A DNA stretch of 64,000 bases from Rebecca billardiae RCC1528 (lineage: Eukaryota > Protista > Haptophyta): assembly GCA_965240325.2 (NCBI GenBank), contig OZ251228.1, positions 1,364,001 through 1,428,000 of the forward strand, given 5' to 3'. The position numbers were made by a program, and so were the translations under genes. Positions within the stretch are counted from its first letter, which is position 1, and every line of letters begins with the position of its first letter. The notes under the pieces were generated by a model that did not search any database, was not told where the DNA came from, and saw nothing but the letters and a program-made list of their open reading frames with translations. This document shows, piece after piece, positions 57,299-64,000 of this stretch.

Positions 57299-59320
57299 TC
57301 AGGCCGCCGAGGCGGACGAGACGCGCTGGCGTTTGGCATCGCGCTCCGCCCGCCGCCCCGCCGCTGCACAGCCAGGCTGCGCGTCGTCGGCGAAATCCAC
57401 TGCCACCGCCTGCATGAGAGTGCATGCCTCGAACGGCTCCTCGCACATGAACGCTTTCCAGCGCGGCTGGCTCACGATGCTCTTGACGTTCGCCTTCACC
57501 ATGCGCCGCGCGGTCTCAGCGATCCGAGAGCCAGCGCCCGCCGCGCGCGCGTGCCGCAGGATGTCCAGGCAGTTGTCCGCGTCCAGCATGCCCAGCACCG
57601 CCTCCTCACACCGGCTGACCACGCGGCGCACGAGATCGCGTCCAGCTACCGCGGCCCCGGGCCCCGCGCCGTGCGTGCCAAGCTCAGCAGCAGCGCTGCC
57701 CCCACCCGACACAGTCGGGCTGGGTGGCTCGAGCTTGCACCCCAGCCGCAGCAGCTCGAGCAGCACGGACGGGTCGGCCGGCAGCGGCGCTCGCCCGCCA
57801 GCGTGCAGCTGACGCAGCAGCGCCTCGTGCGCCGCGGAGCTAAAGTCCGGGTCGGCGTCGACCACGCGCCGGCTGCCCTCGGCCAGCCCGCCGCCCAGCT
57901 GCCGCGCAAAGTAGGTCGAGCCGTGCATCAGCAGCGCGCGGCTGCCGCCCAGCTGCGTGCCGTCCGCGCAGCGGAACACGACGTCGTGCCGCGCGGCTGC
58001 CGGCTCGCTCACCAGCGCCGACTGCGACAGCAGCTGCTGGTGCGACGCGCGCAGCTCGCCGACCTCCTGCGTGAGGCTGTCGTACTGCGAGCACGCCGAG
58101 GCCAGAGCGTGCTCACAGAACTCGGGGTCGAGCATCACCGCTCTCGCGTCGAGAATCAGCGCTTGCAGCAGGTACTGTTGGTCGGCGGCGTCATGGCCCT
58201 TGGGTGCAGGGCCGAGGCGCGCCAGCCGCAGCAGCGCGCCCACCGCGTGCGTGTTGCTCGCCAATGCCATCAGCCTGGCCTTCGAGGAGGTGAGTAGCTG
58301 AATGGCGGTGCACGCATACGTGCTGACCGCGGGGTCGCCCGAGTCGGCCAGGAGCGCGAGCGGAGGGATGGCGCCAGCCGCGATGATCCGCGCGCAGAGC
58401 GCGTCAGACATGGCGAGCTTGCCCAGGGCGCGCGCGGCCTTCTGCCGGACCACGGCCTCGACGTCGGAGCGCAGCAGCGCAACGAGGCGGGGTATAGCAT
58501 CCGTCTCGGCGATCGCCCCCCGGAGCGTGGGGCTCTTGGCGAGGTTGCCGAGCGCGCGCGCCACATGGCCCGGCAGCACAGCATCTTTGGTCTCACGCAG
58601 CAGCGCAACGAGCGGCGGGACGGCGCCCGCCTTGGCGATGGGCGCCCGCAGCTTCGCGCTCGTTGCGAAGTTGCCGAGCGCGCACGCCGCGCAGCTCGAA
58701 ACGAAAGCGTCGCTCCGAGGCTGCAGCAGCGCAAGGAGTGGCGGGATGGCGCCAGCCTCGGTAATGAGTACGTGGAGGGCAGCGTTGGCTGACAGGTTGC
58801 CGAGCGCGCGTGCCGCTTGCCGCCGGGTCATCGGCTCGATCGTCGGCCCCAACAGCGTGACCAGTGGTGCGATGGCGCCTTGCTCCGCAATCTGGGCGCG
58901 AAGAGCGGGCACCTGGGCGAGGGACGCCACGGCGCGAGCCGCGGCGCAATGCATCCCGGAAGCGCCGGGCTGCTGCAGCAGGCCGATCAGAGGCCGTACG
59001 GCGCCAGCCCGTGCCACTGCGTCCGGCAGATGCGCGGCGACGCCCCCGAGCGCCGTCGCCGCGGCGAGGCAGACAATCGCCACCTGCGAGGACAGCAGCA
59101 CCTGCACGAGCGCTCCGAGTGGATCGCCGTGCGCGATGGCGTCAGCGTCGACCCTCCTGCCCCGCGCGCCGCAGAACGGCGTGAGTGCGCGCAAAATCTC
59201 GTCATCGTCGCGCGGCGTGGCCTCGAGCGCGTGCACGAGAGCAACGAGCGAGTTGGCGTCTATGACGGCCGACGTGAGCGACGCGGCGCTTGCCACGGCC
59301 TCCTCCGCGATGGACTGCAT
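57299..59320 (-). CDS. Armadillo-repeat plus BTB/POZ protein
   Basis: About six GA[IV]PPL[VI]ALL...AARALGNL ARM repeats; BTB DVVFRC.DG....SRALL..GSTYF, then LDADNCLDIL. Confidence 0.85.
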   Translation of the reverse strand: MQSIAEEAVASAASLTSAVIDANSLVALVHALEATPRDDDEILRALTPFCGARGRRVDADAIAHGDPLGALVQVLLSSQVAIVCLAAATALGGVAAHLPDAVARAGAVRPLIGLLQQPGASGMHCAAARAVASLAQVPALRAQIAEQGAIAPLVTLLGPTIEPMTRRQAARALGNLSANAALHVLITEAGAIPPLLALLQPRSDAFVSSCAACALGNFATSAKLRAPIAKAGAVPPLVALLRETKDAVLPGHVARALGNLAKSPTLRGAIAETDAIPRLVALLRSDVEAVVRQKAARALGKLAMSDALCARIIAAGAIPPLALLADSGDPAVSTYACTAIQLLTSSKARLMALASNTHAVGALLRLARLGPAPKGHDAADQQYLLQALILDARAVMLDPEFCEHALASACSQYDSLTQEVGELRASHQQLLSQSALVSEPAAARHDVVFRCADGTQLGGSRALLMHGSTYFARQLGGGLAEGSRRVVDADPDFSSAAHEALLRQLHAGGRAPLPADPSVLLELLRLGCKLEPPSPTVSGGGSAAAELGTHGAGPGAAVAGRDLVRRVVSRCEEAVLGMLDADNCLDILRHARAAGAGSRIAETARRMVKANVKSIVSQPRWKAFMCEEPFEACTLMQAVAVDFADDAQPGCAAAGRRAERDAKRQRVSSASAA

Positions 59321-60365
59321 CGCCGAGGCGCTCCGATCTAACGGCAGACGAGGTTCGGGGAGGCGGACTCCAGGTCCCAGGAGCGCTCGCGTTTGCTGTG
59401 CTTCGCGAGTTTGCGACGCGTGTCTAAGCCGGGAGGTCCGGGGTGGTTCAAGCAAGGCCCCGGTTCAATCGTTGTAAGTGCAGCGCACTTTCTGAGCTTG
59501 GTTCAAGGTTCTCTCTATGAAAGATCTGGTCAAAGCACGTGAGATTTTCAAGCTCGCGGCCAGCAGATTGAATCTGGATGGATATTTTGATATTTTCTTC
59601 AGCTTTGATTCTCGGGGTTAACGGGTTTAGGCCTTATTTAGGGAATGATGCGCTCACCGCCCATCACGATGGCGCCGGTCACGCTGCCCGCCGTAGCGTG
59701 GCGTATGCCAACCAAACCCAAGCACCTGCGACTCCAGAGACGTTTAGCTCTGAGCGGCTGCGCTGACACATGCGCGATGAAGCTTCGAGATCGGCGAGCC
59801 CGCGTGGGTGCACACTCTGCATGGCGCCAGCCTCGTCCACCGCGTGGTGCCGGCGCCCGAGCTGCGCAGAGCGGCCGCCGCATGCTGGTCGCAGCTTCTG
59901 CTCCTTTGAGCGAGCATGTCCGTGAGAAAGACCTGCGTGCTCTCAACGTCTTGGCAATGCCTGACCGACCTCGATAACATCAAGCTCCACGTTCCTGACC
60001 TACGCTTGGTCGGTTCCGGACGGGTGTGGCGGCGTGCATCTGATCTTTGTCAGCGCGGACCGGTCGAGCAGCCCTCGCTCCACGCGGGGTGCCGCGGAGC
60101 GGACAGGACAGTGGCAAGCCGGCGAATTTGCCCCTGCCAAGGGACTCCTTTGGCCCTGCGCCCCTCACGCGCGCTCCGGCGCGCGCCTGGCTAGTTATTG
60201 GCGCTCCCCCACCCGCCAATCGTCCGACACACGTCTTGCGGCGCGGCGGGTGAGCATCTCGCCGGCCGTCTCGAGCAGATTACGCCTGCAGGATTCCGGA
60301 GCCACCTCAGTCCGGGTTCGGGGGCATTCGCTGGCTCAGCGAAGCGGCGAGCGCGCTCGTCGACG

Positions 60366-61988
60366 ATGCCTCGTGCGCTGGCCGGCGGCTGCCTACTAGC
60401 CGCCCTCGCCGCGTATGGCGTCCCCGGCTGTGTGGCGCACACCGTCGCTCGGACGCCGACCGTGCGCTCGCACCTCTTGGCGTACGGGGCTCGCGTGGCG
60501 CACGCTTCCCACTCGCGCGCACGCGGAGTCGCCGCGACGGCTACGGTGTTCGACTGGGCCGAGCCCACGGTGAACTTCGTCTCGATCGCGGTGGACCAGT
60601 CGACGGGTGTACGCGGCTTGCGCACGACCCGTGCCTGCAAGCTCGGCGACGTGGTCCTCGAGGTTCGCGCTGCGCGTGCGCTCTCAGATGCGAGTGCGGA
60701 CGCGCCTAGTAGCCTGCCGGGCACCCCGGAGCGGTGGGCGTGGTCGCTCCCGCCGCAGGTGCAGCTCGCGCTCGCCCTCATCGCCGAGCAGCGGCGTGGC
60801 TCCGGCTCCGCCTGGGCGCCGTACCTCGCCTCGCTGCCCGACCCACCGCCGCTGCTCCCGAAGGACCTGCAGCCCGAGCAGCTCGCCGCCGCGCAGGACG
60901 AGCGCTTCGAGGCCGACGCCGACGCGGCCTTCTGCGCCATCCACATGCTCTGCGACGACGCGCTCGAGGCGTGGGGCGAGGCTGCCGACGTCGGCGCCGA
61001 GCGCACGCCGCCGTGCACGCACGCCGAGTTCCAGCGCGCGATGACGCTCGTGTGGACGCGCTGCCTGCGCCTCGATCTCGGCGCCGATCTCGGCGTGCGC
61101 CGGCTGATGGTGCCGTGCGTTGACATGGCCAACCACGCGCCGGTGCCATCGGCATTCTTCGCCTCGGGCGCCGCCGCCGCGGACGGGGCGCCCACGGTCC
61201 GCCTCGTCGCGGCGCGCGACCTCGGGGTGGGCGAGGAGCTCACCCTCTCGTACGCGGAGGAGTCGAGCGCGCACTTCGCCGCGCACTACGGCTTCGTGCC
61301 GGCGGACAATCCTTATGACGCGCTCGACGTGGACGCGCGCGAGCTCGCGCCGCTCCGGGCCGCGCACGCCGCGGGCTGGCCCGCCGACGAGCCGTTCGCG
61401 CTGCCGCGCACGGGTGTGGACTGCGAGCTCTTCGGCGCGCTGCGCTACGCGCTCGCGGCCGAGACGGCCAGCGCCGCCGCCGCGCTCCGCGGCGCGCCGA
61501 GCGCAGCGGCGGCGCGCGAGGCGTACGCCGCCGAGCCGCTCGCTCCGGAGCTTGAGGCGCGGGTGGCGGAGTGTGTCGCGGACGCGTGCGAGCGCCGCGC
61601 GCGCGCCGCGCCGACCACGCTCGCGGAGGACAGGGCGCTCAGCGACGGTCCCGGCGGCGCGGAGCTCGACGACGCGACACGCCTCCTGCTCGCGCTGCGC
61701 ACCTCCCGCAAGGAGCTGCTCGATCACGTGGCGCGGAGCATGCGCGAGTACGCGCGCGCGCAGCGCGAGGCGGCCGCAAGACGCGGCGCCGGCACCGACC
61801 CCGCGGCGCTGGGGGACGCGGATGAGGCGGGCGTGCGAGCGTGGCGCGAGCTGGTAGGGCGCGTGGAGCAGCTCTCCACGTTCCCACAGCTGGACAAGCT
61901 CGGCATCGACGTGTTGCAGTCCATGATCGCGTCGGCAACGGCGCCCGCGCTCCTCTACGCTTTCTGGACGTCCTCCTCGTCCACCTGA
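60366..61988 (+). CDS. SET-domain lysine methyltransferase (Rubisco LSMT/SETD3-like), possibly plastid-targeted
   Basis: GVRGLRTT, SAWAPYLASLP, MVPCVDMANH, GEELTLSY, YGFVP..NPYD, TTLAEDRAL; signal plus transit-like N-terminus. Confidence 0.88.
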   Translation: MPRALAGGCLLAALAAYGVPGCVAHTVARTPTVRSHLLAYGARVAHASHSRARGVAATATVFDWAEPTVNFVSIAVDQSTGVRGLRTTRACKLGDVVLEVRAARALSDASADAPSSLPGTPERWAWSLPPQVQLALALIAEQRRGSGSAWAPYLASLPDPPPLLPKDLQPEQLAAAQDERFEADADAAFCAIHMLCDDALEAWGEAADVGAERTPPCTHAEFQRAMTLVWTRCLRLDLGADLGVRRLMVPCVDMANHAPVPSAFFASGAAAADGAPTVRLVAARDLGVGEELTLSYAEESSAHFAAHYGFVPADNPYDALDVDARELAPLRAAHAAGWPADEPFALPRTGVDCELFGALRYALAAETASAAAALRGAPSAAAAREAYAAEPLAPELEARVAECVADACERRARAAPTTLAEDRALSDGPGGAELDDATRLLLALRTSRKELLDHVARSMREYARAQREAAARRGAGTDPAALGDADEAGVRAWRELVGRVEQLSTFPQLDKLGIDVLQSMIASATAPALLYAFWTSSSST

Positions 61989-62287
61989 CAATTACTGTAG
62001 CGAAATGAATCATCGATGAGCATCATGTTTAATGCTCAGGGATTCTGACGATGTCGTCAACGCGTCATCAGCATAATAATGATGATCGATCACCATTCCA
62101 GAGATGATTCCATTCTCGCCCCCCGGGCGGGGAACGACACATCCGCCTGTAGAAGAGCGTAGTCGCGACGCGCCGCTCGCTGCTGCTGCGTGAAATCTGC
62201 CAGTCGATTCGTCAGTTGTAGTGGCAGTCGCAAAGGGTGAGATTCATCGTCATGTCACCGCGCGCAAGTGCGCTTCCAGTGCGCGTG

Positions 62288-63442
62288 CTAGCGCTCGACG
62301 GCGTTGGGCAGCACGTGCCCGACCCACACATCCTGCAGCGCCGCCTCCTCGCCTACAAAGACACCCTCGTCCGACAGCTCGTACCCCAGCATCAGCAGCT
62401 CCACGGCGCGCGCGCGCGCGAGGTGGGAGAAGAGGCGGTGCGTCTGTGGTGACCACGGGCGGCTTGCTGCCACGACCGCGCTTGCGGCTCCGTGCCACGG
62501 GTCGTGCAGGAGCGCATCTGAGGCGAGTGACAAGGGCGTGGGCACGCCGGCGTAGAGATCGGCGCCCGCGCGGAGCTCCTCCACCGCCTCCGCCTCGCTG
62601 AGCAGCTCGACGTGGTGCAGCCGCGTCGTCCAGAGCGCGGCGCGCGCCAGCCAGTCAGACACGGCGTTGGCGCCGCGCTCCTCCCGCAGCTGTGCGGCGA
62701 GTGACCAGCGGCTGGTGGGGTGGCGGGGTGGGAGGCCGATCGAAGCGCCGCGCACGCACAGGAGCTGCACCACAGCCAGCTTCTCCTCCTCGTCCGTGTA
62801 GTCATCCGACTGCACCGCAGCCTGAAGCGGAGACACCTTCCTGCGGAGGGGCCGGAGGGGCGTCGATGCGCCCACGTCTGCGCCAGCGGCGATCAGCAGC
62901 TGTGCGCACACGGCCTGGCCGAGCAGGCACGCGGCGTGGAGTGCGGTGCACCCGTCGTGCAGGACGGCCTCGAGTCGCGCTCCCGCCTCGATCATCAGCT
63001 GCACACACGCCGCGTGGCCTCGGAAGCACGCCAAGTGAAGCGCGGTGATACCGAGCTGTGTCGCTGCGTCCACGTCCGCGCCCTCGGCAATCAGCAGCTG
63101 CACGCATGCGACGTGGCCCGTCTGGCACGCCAGCTGGAGCGCGGTGTATCCGCCGGGCGTGACGACATCCACGCCCGCACCCGCCGCGATGAGCGCCTCC
63201 GCGCACGCGGCGTGGCCGAGAAAACACGCGATGTGGAGCGCGGAGCGACCGTCATGCGCCTTGAAGTCGACGCCGACACCTGCGTCGACGAGGGGCTGGA
63301 CACACGCGGCTTGGCCCGCCTCAGCGGCGGAGCGGAGAGCGGCGCCGAGCGTGCCGGCCCCGTACGCCCCCACCTCGATCAGCTCCTTGGCGCGTTCAGC
63401 GTCTCCGTCTGCGCACGCGGCGGCAAGTTCGGCTCCGGCCAT
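62288..63442 (-). CDS. Ankyrin-repeat protein, paralog of 32614-33732
   Basis: About six ankyrin repeats (GRSALHIAC, GYTALQLAC, GITALHLAC, GCTALHAAC) plus the shared C-terminal domain. Confidence 0.88.
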   Translation of the reverse strand: MAGAELAAACADGDAERAKELIEVGAYGAGTLGAALRSAAEAGQAACVQPLVDAGVGVDFKAHDGRSALHIACFLGHAACAEALIAAGAGVDVVTPGGYTALQLACQTGHVACVQLLIAEGADVDAATQLGITALHLACFRGHAACVQLMIEAGARLEAVLHDGCTALHAACLLGQAVCAQLLIAAGADVGASTPLRPLRRKVSPLQAAVQSDDYTDEEEKLAVVQLLCVRGASIGLPPRHPTSRWSLAAQLREERGANAVSDWLARAALWTTRLHHVELLSEAEAVEELRAGADLYAGVPTPLSLASDALLHDPWHGAASAVVAASRPWSPQTHRLFSHLARARAVELLMLGYELSDEGVFVGEEAALQDVWVGHVLPNAVER

Positions 63443-63621
63443 GGCCTCTCCAATCTGCCCGACTGCCGTTCACCCTTTTATTAGGGATGTGCATCCAATG
63501 CTAATAAAAAGCTTGGGAGCTTGGCCCAGCTGGCCAACCGTCACTCCGCGGAACACAGACGATGTCAAAACGTCGTCGTCGACGCTCGAGCAGCCGCTGG
63601 AAAATCGAAAATCGTCTGGCG

Positions 63622-64000
63622 ATGGCGGTGCATCTCGGTGAGGGCGCGAGGGCGTGCGTGGCGGCCGCCCTGCTGGCGGCTGCGGTCGGGGCGTACGGGC
63701 CCCAGTCGGACCCGAAGGACGCCACGCACAAGGGCTGGATGGGCACGATGCGCGACGTGAAGAAGTGGGACCCGCCGCCGCACGAGCTCGAGGCGTGGCG
63801 CGCACAGCATGGTCGGGTGAAGGCGGAGGAGGAGCGGCGCGCGCGCCTTCGGGCAGCGAACGAGGAGCGCGCGCGCGTGGCACCGCCCGGCGTGCGGCGA
63901 CGTCTGGGGGTGTGCATCACGGGCCAGGCGGAGCGCCTGGAGCTGCGCAGCAAGCTGCAGCGCCTCGTCCTGCCCAACCGTGATGCGTTCGACATCGACC
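63622..64000 (+). CDS. 5' part of a secreted or membrane-anchored protein (possibly glycosyltransferase-like), runs off the window
   Basis: Open frame from ATG 63622: MAVHLGEGARACVAAALLAAAVG...RLGVCITGQAERLELRSK; absent from the ORF track because it has no stop. Confidence 0.6.
   Translation, partial: MAVHLGEGARACVAAALLAAAVGAYGPQSDPKDATHKGWMGTMRDVKKWDPPPHELEAWRAQHGRVKAEEERRARLRAANEERARVAPPGVRRRLGVCITGQAERLELRSKLQRLVLPNRDAFDID

Overview
Gene-dense, very GC-rich eukaryotic nuclear DNA with short GC-rich spliceosomal introns (GTGCGC...GCGCAG) and AT-rich or microsatellite spacers. An axonemal dynein, the intron style and the ankyrin family suggest a flagellated alga, probably a haptophyte (Pavlovales-like); this is inference, not a database result. 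About 22 genes are supported: outer-arm dynein heavy chain (5' truncated), TPI, a 2OG-Fe(II) oxygenase, a double-FHA protein, a SAM methyltransferase, spermidine synthase, NDUFV2, a mitochondrial carrier, ABCF2, transportin-1, RFC5, TAF9, glycosyltransferase-like proteins, a Ser-Pro stalk surface protein, an ARM-BTB protein, a SET protein and two paralogous ankyrin proteins. Mobile DNA includes a gag-only LTR element with 311-bp LTRs and a 5-bp TSD, a nested Tc1/mariner-type non-autonomous element, a 528-bp MITE and a degraded repeat-bounded region. Top candidates for novelty are (1) an intronless, tail-less H2B-H2A doublet histone fused to an unknown, possibly NuiA-like C-terminal domain (17286-18587), and (2) a protein with three RFTS-like repeats plus a CXXC finger but no methyltransferase domain (25110-29548). 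All homology calls come from motif recognition by eye and need HMM or structure confirmation.
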